Origin: Veleropilina oligotropha
Lineage: Eukaryota
Direction of reading: 5' to 3'
Assembly (NCBI GenBank): GCA_048128005.1
Contig: JBEUKZ010000042.1
Coordinates: 1 to 41,104 of the forward strand
Length of the DNA stretch: 41,104 bases
Shown: positions 1 through 12,565 of the stretch, piece after piece
How the letters are laid out: each line of letters opens with the position of its first letter
How positions within the stretch are numbered: the stretch's first letter is position 1
The notes under the pieces: model-generated
What the model was told of the DNA's origin: nothing
The model's database searches: none
What the model saw: the letters and a program-made list of their open reading frames with translations, nothing else
Made by a program: the position numbers and the translations under genes

Positions 1-305
1 AAGACGGCAAGCGACCGGACGACAAGACGACAGGACGACAAGACGACAAGACGACAGGACGACAAACGACAGGACGACAAGACGACAGGACGAGAGGATG
101 ACAAGACGACAAGACGATAGGACGACAAGACGCGTCCAAGTTGTCGTCTTTTCGCGTTAAAATGTCGTCTTGTCGTTTTGGCGTGGTATTTTGTCGTTTT
201 GGCGTCTTATCGTTCTGTCGTCTTGTCGTCTTGTCGTCTTATCGTTCTGTCGTCTTGTCGTCTTGACGGGGCTCCAAGACGACATGGCATAAATCAGCCA
301 CCATA
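1..305. mobile_element. Terminus of a DNA transposon with dense subterminal GACGACAA repeats (IS3EU-like TATGG end), truncated by window edge
   Basis: GACGACAA/GACGACAG units 1-135, then the complementary TTGTCGTC units 138-265; block ends ...GGCATAAATCAGCCACCATA (reverse complement TATGGTGG...), consistent with TAY..RTA termini described for IS3EU. Confidence 0.5.
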
Positions 306-852
306 GAAAACATATATTAATCCAAAATAATGCACATAATTTACAAAAAATGAATAAATAAATCGTCTCTAAGCTATTTACGATTTATGTTCTCTCCAAC
401 AATAGTGGTTTTGTAAAAATCAATTGTACAGAAATAAGTAGACATTTTAATAATATTGACAGCTGGCGATTATACGCAATACACAATTACCAAAAGAGGA
501 AAATGTAATGTCAGGCACCCATACAAATTCCTTCAACAGGTTTTCTAATATTCAGGTATAGAAGAATTGAAATATTATTGAAGGTGTAACTGATTGGCTT
601 GATCTAAAGATGAGGTCCTTGATTCAACTTGCTGCAATATTTCAAATATGAACTTCTTTTCGAATACCAACAGTTCTTATCTTTGACCGTCCGCACTGAT
701 GCCAGTCGTTGAAATATTGTTAATAAATTGATGTCTACTGCTAATATAAAGATATGTTTAATGGATTTTGAATGGAAATCGTGAAAAGCAATTTAAGCAT
801 TAACATTTAAACATTAAGCATTTAACCATTCTTTGTTCGGTTATCAATATTA

Positions 853-972
853 TTGTCCGTAACTGGCCGAATAAAGAGGATTTCCCCGGGCGACCGGGCT
901 TTCCTCCAGCAATGATACGGACATGTCCTGCCTTCAACCTCATGGTTGTAAATATACATGGCGTTAAGCATC
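853..972 (+). mobile_element. 5'-truncated tRNA-derived SINE (same family as 16019-16235 and 19700-19935)
   Basis: TTGTCCGTAACTGG...CCCGGGCGACCGGGCTTTCCTCC...ATACGGACATGTCCTG shared with the other copies. Confidence 0.7.
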
Positions 973-1184
973 ATTTCATCCATCATTGCGTATTGCATTC
1001 ACTTTATTATGGAGTAACATAATTATATCATATCACGCAAGAAGACGGCGACGATAGTTTAATGTTCGATCCTCAGATGTGCCGGATAATATTTTCATGA
1101 ACACAGTATTCATACCCTGCACAGATCATTGCTTGACGTCATCAAGCAATGACGATCGATTCAAATTAGGTGCACCTATCATTC

Positions 1185-1186
<2 letters not shown>

Positions 1187-1256
<70 letters not shown>
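1187..1256. repeat. (TA)n microsatellite
   Basis: Pure TA run. Confidence 0.98.
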
Positions 1257-1258
<2 letters not shown>

Positions 1259-1355
1259 CACTATTTTATAACGATCGTTTAATGGCCATCATGAATAATG
1301 TTGATGTTCAGTCATTCACCTTAACATTTTCTCTGTTGGAAGAATATAAAAATGT

Positions 1356-1670
1356 ATGCCATCAATTAATACAATTCCAATGTCATTGGATAACATCGAT
1401 CGATGCCATAGGTTAGGCCGTCCCAACCAAGTGTCAAGGGGACCCCGTCATATTATTGTTAAATTTATAAGCTACCGTGTTCGTCAGTCACTATATAAAA
1501 AGCGAACTTCACTAAAACGACGAGGTAATAACATATTTATAAATGAAGATCTAACTCCGAACAGAGCGAAGCTGGCAAAACGTTCCAGGGAGCTTCGGAG
1601 AGAACGACCTAACCAAATAGCAAATACGTGGACTTCAGATGGCCGTATTTTCATTGAAGAGGCTATATGA
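1356..1670 (+). pseudogene. Non-LTR retrotransposon ORF1 C-terminal fragment (RRM/CTD, CR1/L2-type)
   Basis: IDRCHRLG...PRHIIVKF...IFINEDLT...TWTSDGRIFI motifs typical of LINE ORF1; no adjacent ORF2. Confidence 0.8.
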
Positions 1671-2529
1671 CCCCTTCTCTCAAGCTATAAATTAATATTT
1701 ATTAACTGACATATCCTGTGCAAAATTAATTTAATGTTATTACTTATAACGAACGAAGATCGTCCTATAGATTAGGGACATGACCACAATATCTTCACAT
1801 ACCTGCATATCCTTGCAACTTGAACCGGATGGTCACGAATTGGCCACTGCGCAAACTCCAGTCAGCCATGTTTCCAAGGAAATTCGGTATTTTTACGACA
1901 ACGGCCTATTTTAAACTTCAAATTATCCAAGTGCAATAACATTAATAACGCCACAATAAATATTTGCAGCACCGTATTTCCGGTTTATAAACCCGTTACC
2001 ATGCATACATTTTGTCAAGAATGGCGTGTCGATTTGACCATGTCACGTCTAAATTTATTTAGCAATGGACGTGACGTCAACAATATGCTAAGCAATAGAT
2101 GTGACGTCTGGAATTGAAACCTAGCAGATTCGTTCGATTTGCAACGAAAGCGAGGTTGTGGCCGTCTGCTAAATCTTTGTAGCACTGTAAGTATTGCCGG
2201 TGGTGATTATTTGGCATTGGTTAAGTGTAAACGTTAATGTAACAACAAAACGCTAAACAAATTTAAACCTTTTAAAAAATAGTCTTTTGTAAATATTGTA
2301 TATATTTAGTGTACTGATTGTAGGCATAATTCCCAGTTAATATAACAAAAATCCGCAAATCGTAAAACTTTGAAGTAAACATGTAGTCAAATACATATTC
2401 ATTCCTTTTGTAAATAACGTGTATATATCAACAAAATATTCATTAATTTTGTTAATAGTATGTAAATTGTCATAGTTATTATAACTGTTACTGATATTAT
2501 TTTTTAATTCCTAAAAATTAATACCTGTC

Positions 2530-5447
2530 ATGTCGCACAGAGTCACTCGCGATCACAGTTATTCGGCCAATTATTCGCCTAATCATTCAACTGGAGATTC
2601 AATTAACCAAGTCATCCATGATCACAATTATTTGAATGCAAAAAGATCTACACAACTCTTTAAGCTGACGGATTACCATGGGCCTCGAGAATCCCTTATC
2701 ATTTCGAATAGAAAGTATAATGCGTTCAATGTGCCTGGTGATGGTAACTGTTATTTTCATTGTATTAGTCTGTCCTTGCATGGCGACACGTTGATATACA
2801 GGTTTTACAGACACCGCATTTGCCAATATATCTACGAGAACTGGGATCAGTGGAAAGAACTATCAAGCGTTTCTCATGACATACCTTCAAACTCCAAATC
2901 AGAATATCACAAACACATGATTGCAAGTAATGGATGGGCGTCTGCATGCGAAGTAAAGGCAACATCAATCCTTTTGAACGTGAACATCGTAATTTGGATA
3001 AATGGTGTAAAATGGAACGATGAATCGAAGTTATATGAACCTTCGTTTTACCGCGAAACATACAGCCCAGATGCAATGACTGATAGCACAATTACACTGC
3101 TACTTTCCAATAACCATTACGAAGTTTTATCCGAGTTAAGCCCTTTCATTCAAGGTGATTTAAAATTGAAGACAAATTCAAATACTACAATTGCAAACAT
3201 AAAGTCGGATCAAACCAGACATATTTGTCATGAACAAATGACTCCAAAATCCACAAACAAAGACAGAAAGCGCCCTGTTGCCACATGCGCTAATGTTACA
3301 ACCAAAATCATTGGAACCACTAAAAGAATTAAAAAAACTCCATGTACATCAGTGCAACAGAGTGGCGATCATGAAAATTATACTCCCGAAGATGAAGACT
3401 TATTCGTATAATGCAGGAAGTTAGGACTTTCGTTTCAACACCCTGTCCAGAATGAGACGAAACAAGAAACGCGCTCACGAACACGCAAAAACAAACGTTC
3501 ATTGCAAAATGCTGAACAAAGATTGAAAATTAACGCAGATGACATAAATGCCCCACCTCCATTGACAGCAGATGAAAAGTTCAATAATGCAATGGATGCA
3601 ATAAGGTCATTTGAATTAAAAGAAATGTCTTACACATTTAATCGCTGCCATATTTGCAAAGAACGACGACTTGAAATGAAAATGGCTAATTCAAATACCT
3701 GCAAACGGTGTTTCATAGATAAAAGTGACGTCAAAATGTACTCGGTAGAAAACAATATGGATCCAGGTTTAGTACCCCCAGAATTGAAAATGTTAACTAT
3801 TGTGGAACAGCAACTGATTGCTAGAATATCACCCGCAATACATATACATATGTTGAAGCATGGAGGAATTGCGTCGAGTGGTCACTGTGTTACATTTCCT
3901 CAAGACATTAATGAACCATCACAAATTCTTCCAAAACTTCCGGATGAAATCAACATAATAAAAGTGCGCAAGCAAGGCAAAAACGACACCACCAAAGACT
4001 TTGCGGTGCACAGATACTCTGTACAGGCTGCACTAGTTTGTTTAAAATGCAATAATCCTGCTTATTCAGACATTATCATCAGTCAAGAAAGGGTCAACAT
4101 GTTGCCTCTAAACGGCAGTATTGATGTGCACACGGTTGAAGTGAACTCGCTTGAAAACAACAAAGATAAAGGCCCTGCACCTCAACAAGTTGATCCTGGG
4201 GAAATAGATGAAGAAACGTGTTCGTTTGTAACACTCCCTGATCCAAGCATCGATATACGTAAGGAAGTCGAAAAGGTTGTTGAAGAAGTTGTTGGCACAG
4301 AACACGGACCAGTTACTATTAAAAATAACATCACAACAATTCCATGGCCAACTAGGGATGATCTTCCAGTATCAGAGTTTACAACACGTCACTTTTTCAC
4401 ATTGGCATTTCCATCTATATTCCCCCGTGGCACTGGCGATTTTAGCATCAACCGTCCAAGAACATGTCACTCGATGACAGACTGGGCTGAACACTTAATT
4501 TGGTATCAAGATGGGCGATTTGCACAACATCAGTACTTCAAATTTATCGCTCACAATATCATAATGCGGAAACGGACACTAGAACAGAGCGCATACATTG
4601 TTAAACAACAGCTTGGAGACCAACATCTATCAGTGTCAGACCTTAAAGAAAAGCTTCAAAATGGAGAAAAGATAGCAGAAAAAATTCTCTATTTTGGTGC
4701 ATGTTTGCGCGGGACATCACAATATTGGTCTCAAAAGGACAGAGAATTGAAATCACTTATTCAATTTCAAATTAATGAAGGTAATGGTTTGCCGTCCTTT
4801 TTTACTACTGGCAGCTGTGCAGAATACCACTTTAAAGCACTCCGGAGACTTCTTGAATTGTATATTAGTCAAACAACTGGTGCAGAAATTGATCTCAGCA
4901 ATCGAAACAATTTATTTGGTGTGCTGCAAACGCACACACACATCATTGGTCATTATTTTGATATGAGAACACAATCTTACTTCAACAACGTTACGCGTCC
5001 CGTGTTTGGAGTAGACACATATTGGTACCGGCAAGAATTTGCGAAATCCAGAGGGATGATACACTGGCATGGACTTTGCTGCCGACGTGATAAGGAAACA
5101 CACAACTTGCTACACCAAGCACTTGTGAGAGGGTTGTCAGATGACGAATGTGCTGAAGAATTATCTGAATGGGCAAAATCAGAATTTGGAATGACAGCCT
5201 GCCATCCCGCAGGTACAGATGAAAAGGGAAATCCCAGAAAAGATCTTTGGCCACCACCTGAAGGCGACTGCCCCCCGCCATCTGAAGATAAAAATCCTCT
5301 TTTAAAACTTTTAATGGATGTGAGTAACTCCCAAGAATCTCTCCTTGAAGACCACTTGCTGCTTACAAATAGGATTAACTTGCACAGATGCTCCGATTAC
5401 TGTTTACGCCACCCAAGACATATTCCAAAAACGATCACAGGAGTTGA
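2530..5447 (+). pseudogene. Helitron/Helentron RepHel protein N-terminal part: OTU cysteine protease domain, Zn-finger-like region and HUH Rep domain; one in-frame TAA at 3409-3411
   Basis: ORFs 2530-3411 and 3502-5478 share one frame; OTU motifs VPGDGNCYF, GWAS..E, NNHYE; Helitron motifs FTLAFPSIFPRG, DGRFAQH..FKF, LRGTSQYW, GLPSFFTT, YWYRQEFAKSRGMIHWHGL, HRCSDYCLR. Confidence 0.85.
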
Positions 5448-5820
5448 AACAAGAACGAGCGTTCGGATTATGTCTTGACCTTTGTCTGCTTGGACCGTCT
5501 GTTGTATATTAGTGTACGTTAAAGGTTCTTATACAATCTAACATATTCATACGATGTATTTACTTCCAACTCATGATTTTCTGACAGATGACAATTTAAT
5601 TATATGTCTTCAATAATTACGACGTCATAATTTAGTCACAGTAAAATGACGTCATAGACGTCATAACTTGTTACCATAGCAATTATGCATCAAAATGCCT
5701 ATAAAAACGATATTTTAAGAAATTTTGTAATGAAAGTTATATACACGACCTACAAATTACCTTGGGAATGCGTATGACAATTTTCAGGTTAATTGGTTCA
5801 GTAGTTTTCGAGAAAATCAG

Positions 5821-5878
<58 letters not shown>

Positions 5879-5975
5879 TATATAAGTATATAAGTATATA
5901 AGTATATAAGTATATACACACGGACCATTTGATAATGTCTTGTCCTTTTTTGTCAAAAAGGTCAAGACATAAAAA
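5448..5975. mobile_element. Non-autonomous Helentron-like element (HINE) inserted in the Rep coding sequence
   Basis: Begins AACAAG...TATGTCTTGACC, internal (TA)n 5824-5915, ends in hairpin ATGTCTTGTCCTTTTT-tgtc-AAAAAGGTCAAGACAT plus AAAAA; removing it restores V-E-T-C-R-M-E-F-G. Confidence 0.75.
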
Positions 5976-6417
5976 CATGCAGAATGGAATTTGGAACTCT
6001 CGCATATCCAGGTAAAAGTTTGAGAAAGTCACCATCTATCGAGAAAGATAACAAGAACGACGCGTTCGAAATATGTCTTGACATTTCTTTATTTCCCTCA
6101 AATTTTCATAACAGTTAATACAATGGCTAAGTGCAAGTACTTCAAGGCTTAATTTACTACCCCGTCGAATGTGACGTCACCCAAATGACGATTAATCTAA
6201 AGCGACGTCATAATGACGTCATTGCTATTTGCTTGCAATATTAGACATTATCCAATGCTGGTACAACATTCAAAATACCACACACAGGGTTGGCGAGCAA
6301 ATGGTGACATAGCTCTCATACTATCCAAAAGCAATCCAGAAAACCCTTCTGTAGATGAGATTATTGTAACGGAAAGATATGTATCTGGATACGCTTGCAA
6401 AGGGAATCAGCCAACAG
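5976..6417 (+). pseudogene. Continuation of Helitron Rep domain (catalytic tyrosine motif), interrupted by a second HINE fragment
   Basis: CRMEFG..PGK at 5978-6050; GWRANGDI and RYVSGYACK (YxxxY) in ORF 6213-6527. Confidence 0.8.
6050..6222. mobile_element. Truncated second HINE-like copy
   Basis: AACAAGAACGACGCGTTCGAAATATGTCTTGAC matches start of 5448 element; shared GACGTCATA motifs; other end absent. Confidence 0.65.
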
Positions 6418-6587
6418 TAGTACCAGTCAACATAATTATTTGGGGTTGGGAAAGTTATGTATTTAGTGACGAATTAACTGAGGTTATGTTATGTCATATG
6501 GGTTCCCTAAATCGTTTTAATCACTGATCAGTATAAGGTCTGGTATTGGATGCTATGCTGGACAACTTCAATATTCTTGTCATTGGC

Positions 6588-7010
6588 TCATTCCTCGTGT
6601 CCGTTTGAACAATGGTGTAATTTTAACACAACAGATTCGAAGGACTCCCCACTGTCTAAATGTGTCAGCAATTCTTTTGTTTTCCTAGTTAAATATTCAA
6701 TGTTTTCAATTTCCTTTGTCCTGGCTCTTGTAGTTGCTGTATTCACGGTTTGACAAAGTCTGTCTTCATTGATTATAGCGTGAGGATGCCACGCAAAATC
6801 AGGATCAGCTCCATTTCCACCTGCACTTTTTGCTCTTGATAAAGCGACAAACAGTGCTCCCGGATTCCTTGATTCAAATGTCATTGTACCTGGGTTTATG
6901 ATGATGTAGCAATTACATTCACCCTGTCCTATTGTCATGCCTTGGCAGCGATGGATGGTTGTGCCCCACCCAAGTCTTAATGGGATTTGCGTTCTTTTGC
7001 AACTGTGACA
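6588..7010 (-). pseudogene. PIF1-family (SF1B) helicase C-terminus of a Helitron, inverted relative to the Rep part
   Basis: RTQIPLRLGWGTTIHRCQGMT (motif V) and LFVALSR (motif VI), followed by a stop. Confidence 0.85.
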
Positions 7011-7029
7011 GTTACATTCCAGTCGGATT

Positions 7030-7440
7030 ATCCTGTGCATCCTCTAGGGTGACCCGTAATTCAGTAGATCCTTGCGAACGCTATACATCCATCAATATCT
7101 GCATACGTTCGTACCAGCGTACTATAATTTCACTGACTCTCTCTTACTTACAGCTCTTTCCTGATGTCCTCACTCTTAACTTTGTCTCTGAGTGTTATAT
7201 TCCTTTTATTCTTCTCAGACAAGTCTGATCACAGTCATGAAGACCTTCACTTTCAATTTTCTCGTCATTTTTGTCACTGATGACAGATTCCGGATAATTT
7301 CCATGCTGCACTAACTCTTGCTCGGACTTCTTTTTCTGATCCGCCTTCTTCACTGATGGTGACCGATAACTCTTTCACCTGACAGAGACAGGTACTCTGG
7401 TTGTCTTTAGCATTTGCTTTGTTCCTCTCCCGCTCTGACT
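7030..7440 (-). pseudogene. Degenerate RTE-clade LINE reverse-transcriptase C-terminal fragment
   Basis: Manual minus-strand translation across frameshifts: EEGGSEKEVRARVSAAW...KMTRKLKVKVFMTVIR...LRRIKG..LRDKVKSEDIRKEL...RWY. Confidence 0.65.
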
Positions 7441-7467
7441 ATATCACTTACGTTTTCCAGGCTTTAC

Positions 7468-7925
<458 letters not shown>

Positions 7926-8304
7926 CACGGTATTTCCATATGGTGGACTTATATAAATAAATAATCTATAAAAACAATAGACCTGCGTTCGTATCTAGGT
8001 GCTACCTACAACATATTAGTGAACACCTTGTTGATCACTCTATTTTAATGATGTACATTTCGTGATGTCACGTGACATTTGCATTGTTTCTGTACGGCCT
8101 ATCTCTATCTCTATTATGATAGTTTGCGATTGAAAACAAAACACCTATCGCGAAGTGTATTATTTTGATTAATTGTAATATCAATATCACCATCCACCAT
8201 ACGTTGGTGCTGGAATACTGCATAACATTCATAACATTATTATATACGTGTCTTCCACGTTTTAGTTAGTCAAAATTTGATGATATGCATTTCACGATGC
8301 CACG

Positions 8305-8505
8305 TGACAATTGCTCTACGTTGTGTGATCTATTTCTGTTATAAGAATTCTTACGCATGCTACAATCTGCAACTAAAAATACAACACGTGATACGTTAAT
8401 TACTGACAATTGCTCTACGTTGTGTGATCTATTTCTGTTATAAGAATTATTACGCATGGTACAATCTGTAATTAAAAATACAACACTTGATACGTTAATT
8501 ACTGA
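8305..8505. repeat. Tandem duplication of a ~99-bp unit (2 copies)
   Basis: TGACAATTGCTCTACGTTGTGTGATCTATTTCTGTTATAAGAATT... starts at ~8305 and ~8404. Confidence 0.9.
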
Positions 8506-8757
8506 TCTTTTATAAACGCGAAATTTATCAATCAGCATATGACATAATGTTCATTTTATTAACATGGTATCCTTTTAGTTACTAGTAATTAATGCTTAGC
8601 GCAAATATTAATTAATTAATTAATTAATTATGCTAATTTTCTGTTCATGGCAAAGCTGTAATACATATTATCCCTATGCAAGGTAAACAATCACAATCTT
8701 GCTCAATATTGTCTGATACTACATCACCACCAACCTCTTCCGTTTTCAAAAGTCATA

Positions 8758-11700
8758 ATGCCCGTGAGCATTTCCTCATACAGGTACAGAATTGGCACAT
8801 TCCAAAATATTGTATTTACAATATGTCCATACATTCCAAATTTCACGAAACTACGTGAAAATAGCTCCAATGTGAGATTTAAACTTTTAATTTGCCTACT
8901 TCAATGTGTGGTAAAAAATATGACAACTGTGTTGATGCTGTCAATGTTGGTATTATTATGCGGTGATGTTCACCCGAATCCCAGACCCATGAACAGTGCA
9001 AACAAAGTATATGTGTATTTCAACAATATACGAAGTCTATTACCTAGCAGAGATATACTTGAAAGCGAAAATGATAATTATGATGTTATAGCATTATGTG
9101 AAACCTGGTTGGACGACAGCATTTTTGATGACCAATTAACCATCCCCGGCTATGCCTTATTCCGTAACGACAGAAATCGACACGGTGGTGGTGTCGCTCT
9201 GTATATTTCTACCTGCTATATTGTCCATAGACGTATAGACCTCGAAATCCCCAATTTGGAAATGATTTGTGCAGAAACTAGAGGTAATAACTTATTATAT
9301 ATCACATGCTGTGTATATCGACCACCTAATGTCAACTTGAACGCCTGGTTACGCGATATGACTGTTTTCTTAGACAATGTTGCTCTAGTTAATGCCCCAG
9401 TCATAATTCTTGGAGACCTTAACGTAAATTTTCTTTCTGAAAATTCTGCCACAACTGCAAACGTATTTTCTACCTATAATTTCACACAAATCATTGAAAG
9501 CCCAACACGAAGTACAGGACAATCTTCGACGATGATTGACCTTGTCTTTTCAAACAACCCTGGATTAATAAGTAACGCATCCGTTTTGGCTCCGATTTGT
9601 AGCGATCATAGTCCAATTTTAGTAACAATGAATCAAAAGAAAAATAAGGTAATGTGATATAATCGTACAATATGGCAATATAATGCAGGAGATTATGACC
9701 TCCTAGCTAGCCTGATAAATAATTTTGACTGGGAAAGCCTCTTCGAAGAAGCAAATATTGATAAAGTATGGCAAGATTTCAGTGATTCAATCAAAACCAT
9801 GATCAAGGCCTCAGTTCCTTCGAAAAATGTTACAATACGCCCCAAAGACAAACCCTGGTATAACAGCGAAATACGTAAATGGGCCAAAAAACGCAACAGA
9901 CAACATTTGAAGTCCAGGCGCAACAACACCCCCAACCATTGGACCAACTTTCGAAGATTACGCAACAAAGTAATAGAACTTGTAAGAGTTGCTAAGGCAA
10001 ATTATTACGAAACAATTTACAACCAAATTAATTCTGACAATAGTAAATCACGAGCCTGGTGGAAACTTCTCAATTCTGTCTATGGAGCTCAACGAAATGA
10101 TTCTATTAATTATATGAAGGATGAACAAAACAATGAAATAACTGACGATCAGACCATCGCCAATATCTTAAACAAATATTTATGTTCTATATCCACAATT
10201 GATGACAATACAACTGAACTACCAATCGTACACCTGAAAACAGATAGTACTCTTGATGTCTTCCGGATAACGGAAGAACATATTCTCACTTCGATAAAAA
10301 CACTCAGGCACCACAAAGCATCCGGACCAGATGACATAAATTCAACAATTTTAATAAATACAAGTGCGTCCATAAAGCGCCCTTTATGTTTACTCTTCAA
10401 TAAGTGTTTCCAAGCTGGTAAGTTTCCAAAACTATGGAAAACAGCAACGGTCATCCCAATTTTTAAGAAAGGAGACCACAGTGAACCAGGCAATTACAGA
10501 CCAATTTCTCTTACATGTCACATTGGAAAGCTATTTGAAAAGGTAATCTTTAATAAATTTTATCTTTATCTAAGTGATCACAATTTAATTTATCCTTATC
10601 AATCGGGATTTTTGCCTGGACACTCAACTGCGTATCAAATATTGGAAATATATAATAAAATAATGTTTGAATTAGATCAAGGGCACTGTGTCACAAGTAT
10701 ATATTGCGACATATCAAAAGCATTCGATCGGGTGTGGCACCGCGGTATTCTCTTCAAACTAACAGAGTATGGCGTAACAGATCGACTGAATATTTGGTTT
10801 TCCGATTACCTGTCTGAAAGGACACAACGTGTTCTAATAAGAAATAAATTATCAGAATACCAAACAACCAATGCTGGTGTTCCCCAAGGATCTGTGTTAG
10901 GCCCCTTATTGTTTCTCTTATATGTTAATGATATAACTACACATATACATGGCGACACCAGACTTTATGCCGACGACACCTCGCTTCTATATGCTCACTC
11001 CCCTGCAGAAGTTATACATAATACAATTAATACTGATTTAGAGAAATTGGTCAACTGGGCTAACCAATGGCTTGTAAACTTTAATGCTTCAAAAACTGAC
11101 TGTCTAATTATATCAAGACACCCAAACATATCCCACAATATAACGATGAATAATGCGACGGTTAAAGAAGTCAATATCCATAAACACCTTGGGATTATCC
11201 TAAACAAGAATGGCACATGGAAAGAACATGTGAATGACATTGTAAGTAAATGTTCAAAATTAATTGGATTGTTTAGAAGTTATAAGTATAAATTCAACAG
11301 GAAAACTCTTAAAGCAATATATATTACTTTCATTCGTCCTCGCCTCGAATATTGTGCCGTTGTTTGGGATAATTGCTCTCAGGAAGAGTCTGATAATGTT
11401 GAGAGGATCCAAAACGAGGCCCTTCGAATAATAACCGGTCTTCCCAAATGGTGTTCGCTTGCCGATCTCCGTAAGGAAATCGGATTAATTGATTTAAAAA
11501 CAAGACGCATGAACCAGCGATTATGCCTCATGTACAAAATCTTGAATAATTTATGCCCTCGCTATCTACATGCACTTTTACCTCCCACTATTGGTCAATT
11601 ATCCACTTACTCAACAAGAAACAGTTCTACCCTCTCGGCTCTGCTGGCCAGAACTGAATCCTATAAAAAATCATTCTTTCCTCGAACTGTAAACGATTAG

Positions 11701-12111
11701 AACAAATTGCCATTGGTTAAAATGGAATCTAGTTCATTACTAATTTTCAAACGAAATGTCGTGATTAATTTTCATTATCTGAAACATTTCGACTATGAAC
11801 TTGATCGAAAGACCGCTATTCTTCATTGCAGACTTCGAAATAATTGCAGTGGTGTCTTCGGTGACCTATTCAGAATTAATATTGTGGACAATCCTGCTTG
11901 TCAATGTGGTTTCCCCAACGAAACCGCGGAACATTATTTTCTGTATTGTCCCTTTTATGTGGAATTGCGAAATATCATGAATACCGAACTTGGTGAGAAT
12001 TGCCAAATCAATACAATTCTCTATGGGAATTTGGAACTTGATATTGACAGAAATATTACCATTTTCAAAGCGGTTCAAAGTTTTATTAAGAAATCAAAAC
12101 GTTTTATCTAA
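8758..12111 (+). pseudogene. CR1/L2-group LINE ORF2 (AP endonuclease + reverse transcriptase) with two in-frame stops (TGA 9655-9657, TAG 11698-11700)
   Basis: ORFs 8758, 9799 and 11707 share one frame; APE motifs LCETWL, HGGGVALY, VYRPP, GDLN, IDL, SDH; RT motifs NYRPISL, QSGF, DISKAFD, GVPQGSVLGPLLF, YADD; C-terminal CQCG..ETAEHYFLYC. Confidence 0.93.
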
Positions 12112-12565
12112 ACATAATGAAACGAAGCTCGTCACATTATGATAAACATTACCTTGTATTTTACACTAAATTAACTGTATATTCTGGACTATCACTTTTA
12201 TTCTATGTATATGTTCATTTGGAAAGAAATCACGTTTATCTTCCAAGCAAATCAATCCGATTAATGCATTGTGGAACACCAACACTCAATAAACAGTTGC
12301 GTTATGTTTAAATGATTGATTATGCTCAAACTTATTGTTTATCTAGTTAATTAATCTTATATAATGTTTTAATAACTCTGTCTATGCTGTGTACTTTCCG
12401 TACTGGGCGAGAAGACTTACATAGGCTTGTCCTGTTGTCCAATCGTCGCACACGATTCTTGTACTCATACAGCCATGTATTTTATCCATCTGTGCACTTA
12501 TTAACACTTTGTCAAATGTATTGTCTGTATGTATATATTGTGATTTAATAAAATATTGTTTAATC
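12112..12565 (+). mobile_element. 3' UTR of the CR1/L2-type LINE
   Basis: AT-rich UTR ending in AATAAAATATTGTTTAATC; boundary approximate. Confidence 0.55.
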
